64,000 nucleotides of DNA from Kiloniellales bacterium. GTDB lineage: Bacteria; Pseudomonadota; Alphaproteobacteria; Kiloniellales; JAKSDN01. Position 1 is the stretch's first letter. Each line of letters begins with the position of its first letter. Below, piece after piece: positions 53,563 to 62,391 of this stretch. The stretch covers positions 69,138 to 133,137 of the forward strand of contig JASJEC010000003.1 in the NCBI GenBank assembly GCA_030064845.1, written 5' to 3'. The notes beneath the pieces are model-generated. The model saw only the letters and a list, made by a program, of their open reading frames with translations. It was not told the DNA's origin and did no database searches. The translations under genes were made by a program, and so were the position numbers.

Positions 53563-55350
53563 ATGTCGAACAAAGCGAAGTGGTCCGGCTCGCGCCGGCC
53601 CTGTTCCGTTGGCCGGCGCTGGTTCCGGACAGCAGCTCTCTCGGTCGCCATGGTGGCGGCCGCCGTTTCAGCGCGCGCGCAGGTCGCCGAGGTGACCGTC
53701 GGTCCCGACGGGCTCGCGGTCGAGCCGCTGGTTGCGGTCGAAAGCCTGACGGTTTCCGCCTCGGGACCCGGTGGCATCGACGTCACGCGGCGTTACCCGG
53801 GCGGAGCCACAGCGGTCTTTCTGATCTTCGACGAGAACGGCGCCGTTCTGCCCGATGGATCCTACACCTATCAGGTGACGGGCGCGCCCGCCCTCGATCC
53901 GGACACCAGGGACGCCATGGCGGCCTGCCGCGAGGCGGCCGACTGCGACAGCCTGGTCGCGGCCCTCAGGGTTTCGGGCGCGTTGCCGGATCCGGCGGAG
54001 ATGGTGCAGTCGGGTAGCTTCTCGATCGACGCCGGCTATGTGGTCCTCGGAAACGAGGTCGAAGAGGAGCGCGCAACCGCCGGTGCTCCGGGCGCAGTCA
54101 CTAACGCTCAAGTCTTTGCCACGGACTTGATCGTGCAGGGCAGCGCCTGTATCGGCCTTGACTGCGTCAGCAACGAGAGCTTCGGCTTCGACACACTTCG
54201 CCTGAAGGAGAACAATCTTCGGATCCATTTCCAGGACACTTCGGTCTCAGCGGGCTTCCCCACCAGGGACTGGCGCATCGAAATCAACGGTTCAAACACC
54301 GGAGGCCCGGAATACTTCCGTGTGCAGGATGTCGGCGCCACCACCACCAACCCCTTCACAATCCAGGCGGGCGCGGGTAATGACGCGCTCGTGGTCGACG
54401 CCCAGGGGGACGTCGGTTTCGGTACCGGCAGCCCGATCGTGGAGCTGCACTCCGCAGACGGCGACACCCCGACCCTGCGGCTGGAGCAGAACGGCACCAG
54501 CGGTTTTGCGCCCCAGACCTTTGATGTCGCCGTTAACGAGGCCAACTTCTTCATCCGCGACGTGACAAACGGCAGCCAGTTGCCGTTCAGGATCAAACCC
54601 GGCGCGGACACCGACAGTCTTTTTATCGCCGCGAACAACGATATCGGTATCGGGACCGACTCCCCCGCGGCGTCGCTCGAGGTGACGAGGTCCAACGGCA
54701 CCGGTCAGATCCTGGTCGACGAGAACTCGGGGACCGTCGCCAACCGCTCCTTGCTGAAATTGGAGAACAACGGCAACCCGCAGATCGAGCTGTCGAACAC
54801 CGACAGCGCGGTAGGCTGGAAGATCGGCATGGGCACCAACAACGCCTTCATCGCCAAGAAGGGCACGCGCGAGCTGCGATTCACCGAGGGGGGCTCCCTG
54901 AGAGTCATCAACTCGGGCAATACCGTCTTCTTCCTCTTGCCGAACGGCAACCTGCAGATCGACGGCACCCTGCGGGAAGGCTCGGACGTCCAGGCGAAAC
55001 GGGACATCGAGCCGCTCGACGGCGCAACGGTGCTGAACCAGGTGGCGGCCCTGCCGGTCTCGGCCTGGTCCTACAAGGACGACGAGACGGGCGCGCGCCA
55101 CGTCGGGCCCATGGCCCAGGACTTCCACGCCGCCTTCGGGCTGGGCAGCGACGAGACCACGATCTCGCCGCGCGACCTGGCCGGCGTCGCTCTGGCCGCG
55201 GTCAAGGAGCTGGAAGAAGTCGGGCGCGAGAAGGACCGGCGGATCGAGGCCCTGGAAGCGGAACTGGAGCGCCGCGACACGGTCCTCGAGGCACTGGAAG
55301 CCCGCCTCGACGCCCTGGAAGAGAGGCTTTCGAGGCCGGACCGGAAGTAG
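53563..55350 (+). CDS. secreted 'tail fibre domain' protein with C-terminal peptidase S74 (intramolecular chaperone, autoprocessing) domain and coiled coil
   Basis: 595 aa. GGAGGGG RBS and a signal-like AALSVAMVAAAVSARAQ. Three internal modules end in G(F/I)GT..P or similar. The C-terminus GSDVQAKRDIEPLDG...LPVSAWSYKDDETGARHVGPMAQDFHAAFGLG matches the S74 pattern, followed by an EALEAELERR...LEARLDALEERL coiled coil. Confidence 0.75.
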   Translation: MSNKAKWSGSRRPCSVGRRWFRTAALSVAMVAAAVSARAQVAEVTVGPDGLAVEPLVAVESLTVSASGPGGIDVTRRYPGGATAVFLIFDENGAVLPDGSYTYQVTGAPALDPDTRDAMAACREAADCDSLVAALRVSGALPDPAEMVQSGSFSIDAGYVVLGNEVEEERATAGAPGAVTNAQVFATDLIVQGSACIGLDCVSNESFGFDTLRLKENNLRIHFQDTSVSAGFPTRDWRIEINGSNTGGPEYFRVQDVGATTTNPFTIQAGAGNDALVVDAQGDVGFGTGSPIVELHSADGDTPTLRLEQNGTSGFAPQTFDVAVNEANFFIRDVTNGSQLPFRIKPGADTDSLFIAANNDIGIGTDSPAASLEVTRSNGTGQILVDENSGTVANRSLLKLENNGNPQIELSNTDSAVGWKIGMGTNNAFIAKKGTRELRFTEGGSLRVINSGNTVFFLLPNGNLQIDGTLREGSDVQAKRDIEPLDGATVLNQVAALPVSAWSYKDDETGARHVGPMAQDFHAAFGLGSDETTISPRDLAGVALAAVKELEEVGREKDRRIEALEAELERRDTVLEALEARLDALEERLSRPDRK

Positions 55351-55441
55351 GCGACGCGCCCCGCATTGCCGGGGCTGTGCTCTTACCCAGCGGTGCCTGA
55401 ACGCTCGCGCACCGCTGGGACACATTTGCTATGTGTCGCGC

Positions 55442-55584
55442 CTAGAGCGGATCGTGTTTAGATGGAACCACTTCGTGGTCTCCAACTAAACATTTGAATC
55501 CGCTCTACATCTTAGGTTTAGAGCAGATTCACCGGGTTTGATGGATCGCCTCCGGCGATTCAGTCAAAGCCGGATCTGCTCTAG
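55442..55584 (+). repeat. family A double-hairpin repeat, copy 3
   Basis: Same architecture and orientation as copy 2. Lies between the S74-domain gene stop and the 3' end of tRNA-Glu. Confidence 0.9.
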
Positions 55585-55617
55585 GGATCCGTGAGAGACT
55601 TGAGAGCAAAAGGGATA

Positions 55618-55692
55618 TGGCGACCCCAACGGGAATCGAACCCGTGTCTTCACCTTGAAAGGGTGATGTCCTAACCGCTAGACGATGGGGTC
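55618..55692 (-). tRNA. tRNA-Glu: tRNA-Glu (anticodon UUC)
   Basis: The reverse complement reads GACCCCATCGTCTAGCGGTTAGGACATCACCCTTTCAAGGTGAAGACACGGGTTCGATTCCCGTTGGGGTCGCCA. It has a 7-bp acceptor stem, a GTCT/GGAC D stem, a TCACC/GGTGA anticodon stem with loop CTTTCAA, a TTCGATT T-loop and an encoded CCA. 75 nt. Confidence 0.92.
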
Positions 55693-55756
55693 GTCGCAGG
55701 CATTTTCGCTGGGCGTTCAGATAGCGAATGGACCTGCGAAAAGCAAGTCTCCGCCT

Positions 55757-56542
55757 TCACCAGTCCAGCGGCCGGAAGGCGGGCGGCGCCGCGCCGTCAC
55801 CCGGCGTCTCGGCGAGCTGGGTCGGGCTGGTCGGCTCGGGCAGGCCGGCCACCGGGACGCCGGCGATCTCCTTGACCAGCTTCTCCAGGATGGCGGTGGC
55901 GAAATCCTCGTAGTCGGCCGCCGACATGACGAAGGCGCCGGTGCCGCCGATCACGTTGTAGAGATAGTAGCGGTCGACATAGATGTCCTCGTTGAGGATC
56001 GCGAGGCCGTTGATCGTGATCCCCGCGGCCACCGCCCGGTCGCGGATCTGGGCCGGTTGCGCGCCCTGGTTCGTGCGGCCGTCGCCGGAAACGTCGATCA
56101 CCTTGCGCCGGCCGGTGAAGGTGTTGCGCTCGAACTGCCGCACGGCGTAGGTCAGCGCACCGCCCAGGGAGGTGCCGCCGCCGATCAGAAAGCGCGGCGT
56201 GTTCTCGATCTCCTCGGAGAAGCGCTCGGCCGAGGCCTCGTCCTTGACCTTGAGCCAGTCGATGGCGGTGAACTGCTTGCGGCTGTCGGACCACTGGATC
56301 AGCGATACCGCGATGCCGAGGTCGCCGGTCGCGCGGATCGCCGCGATGACCGCCGGATGACGGAAGGCCGCGGCCAGGCCGCGCATCTGCAGATCGAACT
56401 CCTCGGGCGACACGCTGGAGGAGGTATCGACCGCCAGCACCAGCTCGAGGTCGACCTGCTCTTCGGCCGGCGCCGCCTGCTGCGCCAGGGTCATCCCGGC
56501 CACGCCGAGCCCCGCCGCAAAGAGCAGCACCGCCTTGGCCAA
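55757..56542 (-). CDS. DUF1194 (vWA-like) secreted protein
   Basis: 261 aa with a TTG start (uncertain) and a signal peptide. LELVLAVDTSSSVS (MIDAS-like DxSxS), DVSGDGRTN and ITINGLAIL are typical of DUF1194. Confidence 0.75.
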   Translation of the reverse strand: MAKAVLLFAAGLGVAGMTLAQQAAPAEEQVDLELVLAVDTSSSVSPEEFDLQMRGLAAAFRHPAVIAAIRATGDLGIAVSLIQWSDSRKQFTAIDWLKVKDEASAERFSEEIENTPRFLIGGGTSLGGALTYAVRQFERNTFTGRRKVIDVSGDGRTNQGAQPAQIRDRAVAAGITINGLAILNEDIYVDRYYLYNVIGGTGAFVMSAADYEDFATAILEKLVKEIAGVPVAGLPEPTSPTQLAETPGDGAAPPAFRPLDW

Positions 56543-56574
56543 CAGGGTTGCTGCCCTCGGAATCGGGAAGTCTC

Positions 56575-58383
56575 CTAGCCTTCGGCCGGCGCCGCGTCCT
56601 CGATGATGAACTGAACCGCGCCGGGCCCGGCCCAGTCGTCGGGCCGGAGCTTGCCCGCGAGATGGTAGGGGAGGCCGCCGCTCTTGGCCAGCGCCTCGCC
56701 CAGCCCGTCGTCGAAGGCGCGGAAGGCGATGGCCTTGAGCCGTCCGCCTTCCGGTCCCGTCAGCGTGCAGCGCAGATGCCCGCCGGTCAGGACCTGCGGC
56801 CGGTCGATTCGGACGCCGGGAAGGGCGAAGCGCGGCTCGGGATTGCCGACGCCGAAGGGCGCCATCCGCTGCAGCAGCGCGACCAGCTCGGCACTGGCCG
56901 CGCGCAGGCGCAGCGCGCCGTCCAGGCCGAGGGCGGGACGATAGCCGGACTCGGCGATCCGCCGCGCCAGGCGATCGGCGAGAAAGGCGCGCAATTCCGC
57001 GATCCGCCCGGCCTCGACCGTCAGGCCCGCCGCCATGGCGTGACCGCCACCGTTGATCAGCAGCCCCGCACGCCGCGCGGCCAGCACCTCCGCGCCGAGA
57101 TCGACGCCCGGCACGGAGCGCGCCGAGCCCTTGCCGATACCCGCCTCGACCGCGATCACCAGCGCGGGCAGGTTGAAGCGGTCCTTGAGCCGGCCGGCCA
57201 CGATGCCGATCACCCCGGCGTGCCAGCCCTCCTCGGCGACGCAGATCAGGCCGCCGGCGGAGCCCGCCTTGGCCAGGGCGGACTCGGCCTGGCCGAGGGC
57301 CTGATCCAGCACCGCCTGCTCGATCTCGCGCCGCTCCCGGTTGAGGGCGTCGAGCCGCGCGGCCAGGTCGGCGGCCTCCGCGCGATCACCGGTGGCGAGC
57401 AGCCGGGCCCCCAGATCCGGCGTGCCGACCCGGCCGCCCGCGTTGATCCGGGGCCCGAGCAGGAAGGCCGTCTCGTAGGTGCCGGGCGGGCGGCTGACCC
57501 CGGCGACCTCGGCCAAGGCCACCAGGCCGGGGTTCTCGCGCCGCGCCATCACCTTGAGGCCCTGGGAGACCAGGGCCCGGTTGAGGCCGGTCAGGGCGAC
57601 CACGTCGCAGACCGTCCCGAGGGCGACCAGGTCGAGCCAGGCCATCAGGTCGGGTTCCGCCCGGCGCCGGTACCAGCCCATGTCCCGCAACGCCCGGTTC
57701 AGCGCCACGACCAGCAGGAAGGTGACGCCGACCGCGGCCAATTGGCCGAGCCGGGAGCTGTCGTCCGCGCGGTTCGGGTTGACCACGGCGGCGGCGGTCG
57801 GCAGTTCCGCCTCGACGCCGTGGTGGTCCACGACCACCACGTCCTGGCCGGACCGGGCCGCGGACTCGAGGGCCTCGAAGGCGGTGACGCCGCAATCGAC
57901 GGTGATCACGAGGGAGACGCCCTCGTCCCGCAGGCGCTGCAGCGCCGGCTTGTTGGGGCCGTAGCCCTCGGCGAAGCGGTCCGGCACGTAGACCCGCAGG
58001 TCGACGCCCAGCGCCGCGAAGAACCGCGCCAACAGCGCCGCCGAGGTCGCGCCGTCGACGTCGTAGTCGCCGAACACCGCGATCCCCTCGCCCGCTTCCA
58101 AGGCCCGGACGATCCGCGCGACCGCCGCCTCCATGTCCTTGAGACCGAGAGGATCGGGCAGAGCGCGGCGCAGGCGCGGCGCCAGAAAATCCTCGGCGCT
58201 CTCTAGGGTGACCTGCCGCGCCGCCAATGCCCGGCCCAGCACCTCGGGCAGGTCGAGGCTCTGGGCGAGCGTGAGGCCGAGCCGGTCGTCGGCGAGCCGC
58301 GCCTCCCAGCGCCGCCCGCGCAGGGAGCGCTCGACGTTGAGCAGGCAGGGACGGGAATCGCCGGAAGACGGGGCCGGTTGCAT
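56575..58383 (-). CDS. recJ: single-stranded-DNA-specific exonuclease RecJ
   Basis: 602 aa. DHH motifs IAVFGDYDVDGATS, VDCG and VVDHH, followed by a DHHA1 region GGGHAMAAG. Confidence 0.9.
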   Translation of the reverse strand: MQPAPSSGDSRPCLLNVERSLRGRRWEARLADDRLGLTLAQSLDLPEVLGRALAARQVTLESAEDFLAPRLRRALPDPLGLKDMEAAVARIVRALEAGEGIAVFGDYDVDGATSAALLARFFAALGVDLRVYVPDRFAEGYGPNKPALQRLRDEGVSLVITVDCGVTAFEALESAARSGQDVVVVDHHGVEAELPTAAAVVNPNRADDSSRLGQLAAVGVTFLLVVALNRALRDMGWYRRRAEPDLMAWLDLVALGTVCDVVALTGLNRALVSQGLKVMARRENPGLVALAEVAGVSRPPGTYETAFLLGPRINAGGRVGTPDLGARLLATGDRAEAADLAARLDALNRERREIEQAVLDQALGQAESALAKAGSAGGLICVAEEGWHAGVIGIVAGRLKDRFNLPALVIAVEAGIGKGSARSVPGVDLGAEVLAARRAGLLINGGGHAMAAGLTVEAGRIAELRAFLADRLARRIAESGYRPALGLDGALRLRAASAELVALLQRMAPFGVGNPEPRFALPGVRIDRPQVLTGGHLRCTLTGPEGGRLKAIAFRAFDDGLGEALAKSGGLPYHLAGKLRPDDWAGPGAVQFIIEDAAPAEG

Positions 58384-58482
58384 GCGCTCAACCCTGCAGA
58401 ACCGAAAGATGCCGCGAATCGCCGACTCGCGACTAAGATCTTGAAGTCTAGAAGCAGCAACGCAAACAGCAAGCGCGCCGGG

Positions 58483-59784
58483 CTACTTGGGCGTGCCGGC
58501 GACCTCGGCCTGCGCCCCGACCAGCTCGGCGAGCCGGCGGCGCCAGGCGTCCTTCGCCTCACCGCCGATCGCGTGCCCGACATCGGGATAGACGGTGAAA
58601 GCCACGTCCCAGCCCTGTTCGCGCATCTGCTCGATCGTGTACTCGGCCCACTCGAGCCTGACCGCCTGGTCCTCGCCGCCGTGGAAGGCCTCCACCCGGA
58701 TCTCGGGCGGGGCTTCGCGTTCCGGCAGATCGCCGGCCATGGCGCCACTCACGGGCAGGGCGGCGGCGAAAAGCTCGGGATGGTAGGCCGCCAGGGCGTA
58801 GCTGACCGAGCCGCCCTGGGAGGCTCCGGTGACGATCGGCCGGCCGAGGGTCGGATAGCGCTCGGCCATGAGCCGGGTGAAGGCCGCGACGAAATCGGCC
58901 GAGCGTCGGACATCGCCGACGAAGACGTCCCAGTCGTCGTCGAAGCCGAACCAGGAATAGCCGATCCAGTGCCACTCCGGTCCGGCCGGCACGACAACCC
59001 GCGCCGGGAAATCCCACTTGCGCTTGACCAGGCCGAAGACCTCGGGAAAGCCGGCCAGCGGGTGGAGGTAGATCACCAGGGGCAGAGGGTCGGCCGGATC
59101 GGCGCCGCCGGTGGTCGTCACGCGATAGGATGCCGTGCCCAGGTCACCCGGCAAGACCGCTTTGTCGCGCAGCGGATCGAGCATCCAGGGTGTCGCCGCC
59201 AGCAGCAGCAGGAGACCGAGAAGGCCCAGCAGCCAGAAGGTCTTTCTGGCCTGTCTGGAGACCGGCCCGATGACCTCGACGGAGAGATCCGGGCGCAGCT
59301 CGCCTACCCGGGCCAGGATCCGCTCGATCGTCGCCGGGTCTTCGATGCCGCGGGTTGGAATGACAACGCCCTTCTGATGTCCGAAGACGAAGAAGAGATG
59401 CCGCGGAGAGCGGCCGATCCGCTGAACCGCCGCCCAGGGCGTCACCGAGCGGGTCGTGCCGTCGGATTGAGAGAGACCGTCATCGTCGAAATCCGCGGTC
59501 AGGGGCTGATCGAAGTGCCGCCGGACCTGCCGACCGGCCCAGAAGTTATGGAAGACGAGGAGAGCCACCAGGGTTCCGGCGACCCAGAGCAGGCCCGAGG
59601 TGAGGTGATGCCAATCGAAGGCGATCAGATCCTCGAAGAAAACGATGGCCAGGACCACGAGCGCTAGGAGACAGAGCCAGCCCAGGAGATTGGACCGTGA
59701 GCCTCCGGGCCGGGCCGGGCCGGGCATGCAGAACTGGGCGAAAGCCTTCAGGTCAGCGTGCTCTAGGGTGTATTGGACCTGCAT
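58483..59784 (-). CDS. membrane-anchored fusion: YcxB-like N-terminal domain + alpha/beta-hydrolase (phospholipase/carboxylesterase-type) domain
   Basis: ORF 58483..59862 with ATG at 59784 (MQVQYTLEHADLKAF...). Hydrophobic segments, then PLVIYLHPLAG, GASQGGSVS (nucleophile elbow) and FHGGEDQAV...VGHAI. Confidence 0.65.
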   Translation of the reverse strand: MQVQYTLEHADLKAFAQFCMPGPARPGGSRSNLLGWLCLLALVVLAIVFFEDLIAFDWHHLTSGLLWVAGTLVALLVFHNFWAGRQVRRHFDQPLTADFDDDGLSQSDGTTRSVTPWAAVQRIGRSPRHLFFVFGHQKGVVIPTRGIEDPATIERILARVGELRPDLSVEVIGPVSRQARKTFWLLGLLGLLLLLAATPWMLDPLRDKAVLPGDLGTASYRVTTTGGADPADPLPLVIYLHPLAGFPEVFGLVKRKWDFPARVVVPAGPEWHWIGYSWFGFDDDWDVFVGDVRRSADFVAAFTRLMAERYPTLGRPIVTGASQGGSVSYALAAYHPELFAAALPVSGAMAGDLPEREAPPEIRVEAFHGGEDQAVRLEWAEYTIEQMREQGWDVAFTVYPDVGHAIGGEAKDAWRRRLAELVGAQAEVAGTPK

Positions 59785-59915
59785 CCTGGCATCCGCGCGC
59801 CCGGTATCGGCGCAAGGGGTCGACCGGCGGCGCCGCGATCCCAGCGGCGGCCGCGGCGGCACACGTCAGACTAGCGGATCGGATATGTATAGAACCTTGA
59901 CGCGCCGAGCGGAGA

Positions 59916-60896
59916 TCACCCGCCCAGGTTTTCCATCCAGGGCTTGCGCTTGAAATTGTGCTGCGCGTGGATCGTGCGCACCGTGCCGGTCTTGGAGCGC
60001 ATCACGATCGACTGGGTCGTGGCGCCGCTTTGAAAACGGCGGACCCCTTTCATCATGGTGCCGTCGGTGACGCCCGTGGCGGCGAACATCACGTCGCCGC
60101 CGGCGAGGTCGTGCAGCTTGTACTTGCGGTCGAACTCGGTGATGCCGCAGCGATGGGCGCGGCCCCGCTCGTCGTCGTTGCGGAACACGAGGCGGCCCTG
60201 GAACTGGCCCCCGATGCAGCGCAGGGCGGCCGCCGCCAGGACGCCCTCCGGCGCGCCGCCGGTCCCGCGGTACATGTCCACGCCGCTCTCGACCTGGCTG
60301 GTGGCGATCACGCCCGAGACGTCGCCGTCGGTGATCAGGGCGATGCGGGCCCCGGCCTCCCGGGTCTTGGCGATCAGTTCCGCGTGGCGCGGCCGGTCGA
60401 GAATGCAGACCACCAGATCGGAGACCTCGACCTTCTTGGCCTTCGCCAGGTTCTTCAGGTTGACCGCCGGGGACTCGTCGAGGTCGACGACGTCGTCTTC
60501 CAAACCGCCGCCGACGGCGATCTTGTCCATGTAGGTGTCCGGCGCGTGGAGGAAGCCGCCGGCCTCGGCCATGGCCATGACCGCCAGCGCGTTGTTGCCG
60601 CCCTTGGCGGTGATCGTCGTGCCCTCGAGCGGATCGAGCGCGATGTCGATGGCGGGCCCGCCGGCGCCCACCTTCTCGCCGATGTAGAGCATCGGCGCCT
60701 CGTCGCGCTCGCCCTCGCCGATCACCACCGTGCCGTCGATCGGCAGGCTGTTGAGCGCCGCGCGCATGGCGTTGACGGCCGCCTGGTCCGCCGCCTTCTC
60801 GTCGCCCCGGCCCATCAGCCGCGAGGCCGCCAGGGCCGCCACCTCGGTCACCCTGACCGCTTCCAGCGCCAGGTTCCGATCCATCCCACTCGCCAT
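59916..60896 (-). CDS. glpX: class II fructose-1,6-bisphosphatase
   Basis: 326 aa. GGGAGGA RBS. NLALEAVRVTEVAALAASRLMGRGDK-like N-terminus, GEGERDEAPML and DPLEGTT motifs. Confidence 0.9.
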   Translation of the reverse strand: MASGMDRNLALEAVRVTEVAALAASRLMGRGDEKAADQAAVNAMRAALNSLPIDGTVVIGEGERDEAPMLYIGEKVGAGGPAIDIALDPLEGTTITAKGGNNALAVMAMAEAGGFLHAPDTYMDKIAVGGGLEDDVVDLDESPAVNLKNLAKAKKVEVSDLVVCILDRPRHAELIAKTREAGARIALITDGDVSGVIATSQVESGVDMYRGTGGAPEGVLAAAALRCIGGQFQGRLVFRNDDERGRAHRCGITEFDRKYKLHDLAGGDVMFAATGVTDGTMMKGVRRFQSGATTQSIVMRSKTGTVRTIHAQHNFKRKPWMENLGG

Positions 60897-60963
60897 TAAG
60901 TTCCTCCCTCGTCTCGCGGAGTCGTCAGCCCGCGCAGTCCCCGGTACCCGGCCGCTCTTCCGG

Positions 60964-62256
60964 CTAGAAGTCCTCGATCCGGATCATGCGCGGCGGTTCC
61001 AACGCCGCCTCCAGATCGGCGATCCGGTCCAGGGCCCGGCGCATGCGCGCCTCCTCGGTCTCGTGCGTGGTGATCACCACGGGCACGGCCTCGCCGGGCG
61101 CGCGGCCGCGCTGCAGCATCGCCTCCAGCGAGATCTCCTCGTCACGCAGAGCCGCGGCGACATCGGCGATAACGCCCGGCCTGTCGACCACCATCAGCCG
61201 GAAGTAATAGCAGCCGACGTGGCGCTCCATCCTGAGCGACGGCAGGGAGCGCAGCCGGCTGGCGGGCACCGCGAAGGGCGGCAGGCGGATGCCCCGGGCC
61301 AGATCGATCAGGTCGGCGACGATCGCCGAGGCGGTCGGCGCGCCGCCGGCACCCCGCCCCTCGATCACGATCGAGTCGCAGAAGTCGCCTTCGGCCACGG
61401 CGGCGTTGAACACCCCCTCGACGTTGGCGATGGGAGTCTCGCGGCGCACCATGCAGGGATGCACGCGCTGCTCGACGCCGCCGTCGATGCGGCGCGCCAG
61501 TCCGAGCAGCTTGATCCGGTAGCCGAGCTCCTCGGCGTAGGCAATGTCGAGCGCCGAGACCTCGCGGATCCCCTCGACGTAGACGCCGTCGAAGTTGACC
61601 TCGCAGCCGAACGCCAGCGCCGCCAGGATGGCCAGCTTGTGGGCCGCGTCGACGCCGTCGATGTCGAAGCTGGGATCGGCCTCGGCGTAGCCGAGCTTCT
61701 GGGCCTCGGCGAGGACCTCGCCGAACTCCCTGCCGGTCCCGCGCATGGTCGAGAGGATGTAATTGCAAGTGCCGTTGAAGATGCCGTAGATGCGCGAGAA
61801 GTCGTTGGCTGCGAGCCCTTCGCGCAGGCACTTGATGACCGGCGTGCCGCCGGCGACCGCGGCCTCGTAGGCCAGGGTTACGTTGTTCTCCTCGGCGAGG
61901 CGGGCCAGCGCCGTGCCGTGATGGGCGATCAGCGCCTTGTTCGCCGTGATGACCGACTTGCCCCCGGCCAGCGCGCGCTCGGTCAGCGTCTTGGCGACGC
62001 CGTCGGCGCCGCCTATCAGCTCGATCACCACGTCGATCTCCGGGTCCGCGGCCATGGCCACGGCATCGTCGAACCAGCGCACGGCGCTCAGCTCGACGCC
62101 CCGGTCCTTGCGCCGGTCCCGCGCCGACACGGCCGAGACCAGGATCGGGCGCCCGCCGCGCTCGGCAATCAGGTCGCCGTGCCGGGCCAGGAGCGACAAG
62201 GTGCCGCACCCCACGGTGCCGAGACCCGCGACTCCGATCCTAAGAGCAGTGCTCAC
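60964..62256 (-). CDS. hom: homoserine dehydrogenase
   Basis: ORF 60964..62376. GTG 62256 is preceded by GGGAAGGGGGGAAA and gives VSTALRIGVAGLGTVGCG. There is an ANKAL motif and a C-terminal ACT-like domain. The alternative ATG 62274 lacks an RBS. Confidence 0.9.
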   Translation of the reverse strand: MSTALRIGVAGLGTVGCGTLSLLARHGDLIAERGGRPILVSAVSARDRRKDRGVELSAVRWFDDAVAMAADPEIDVVIELIGGADGVAKTLTERALAGGKSVITANKALIAHHGTALARLAEENNVTLAYEAAVAGGTPVIKCLREGLAANDFSRIYGIFNGTCNYILSTMRGTGREFGEVLAEAQKLGYAEADPSFDIDGVDAAHKLAILAALAFGCEVNFDGVYVEGIREVSALDIAYAEELGYRIKLLGLARRIDGGVEQRVHPCMVRRETPIANVEGVFNAAVAEGDFCDSIVIEGRGAGGAPTASAIVADLIDLARGIRLPPFAVPASRLRSLPSLRMERHVGCYYFRLMVVDRPGVIADVAAALRDEEISLEAMLQRGRAPGEAVPVVITTHETEEARMRRALDRIADLEAALEPPRMIRIEDF

Positions 62257-62391
62257 TTTCCCCCCTTCCCTCATCCAATCGGATGGCAGCGACCGGCGCG
62301 GTCGTCGCCGCGGCCTGCCGTGCCAGCGCGGGCGCGGCGCCCGATCGGACCGACCTTGTAGCGGGGCCGGCGGCAAGTTTCCAGTTCCCGA

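Noticed and set aside
53563-55350. Prophage or phage-tail-like particle inferred from the 'tail fibre' S74 protein
   Set aside because: No other phage, PLTS or tailocin genes (sheath, tube, baseplate, terminase, portal, integrase, lysis) are anywhere in the 64 kb. The neighbours are metabolic and housekeeping genes.
22685-55584. Could the repeated 143-bp elements be a CRISPR array or an array remnant?
   Set aside because: There are only three copies, tens of kb apart, one of them inverted. They are 143 bp long with internal palindromes, and there are no regularly spaced spacers and no cas genes.
55442-55692. Classical tRNA-targeted genomic island at tRNA-Glu
   Set aside because: There is no integrase. 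The flanking direct repeats are not derived from the tRNA 3' end, and the cargo GC looks native. It is kept only as a weaker repeat-bracketed-module hypothesis in the findings.
56548-58206. 552-aa plus-strand ORF
   Set aside because: Antisense shadow of recJ.
60730-62361. 543-aa plus-strand ORF
   Set aside because: Antisense shadow spanning glpX and hom.
62257-62391. SAM-type or other riboswitch upstream of hom, and likewise upstream of the Cys/Met PLP-enzyme gene (37068..37243)
   Set aside because: I could not recognise any SAM-II/SAM-V-like or other riboswitch consensus by eye. The second region is occupied by the family C palindrome. An Infernal scan would be needed.
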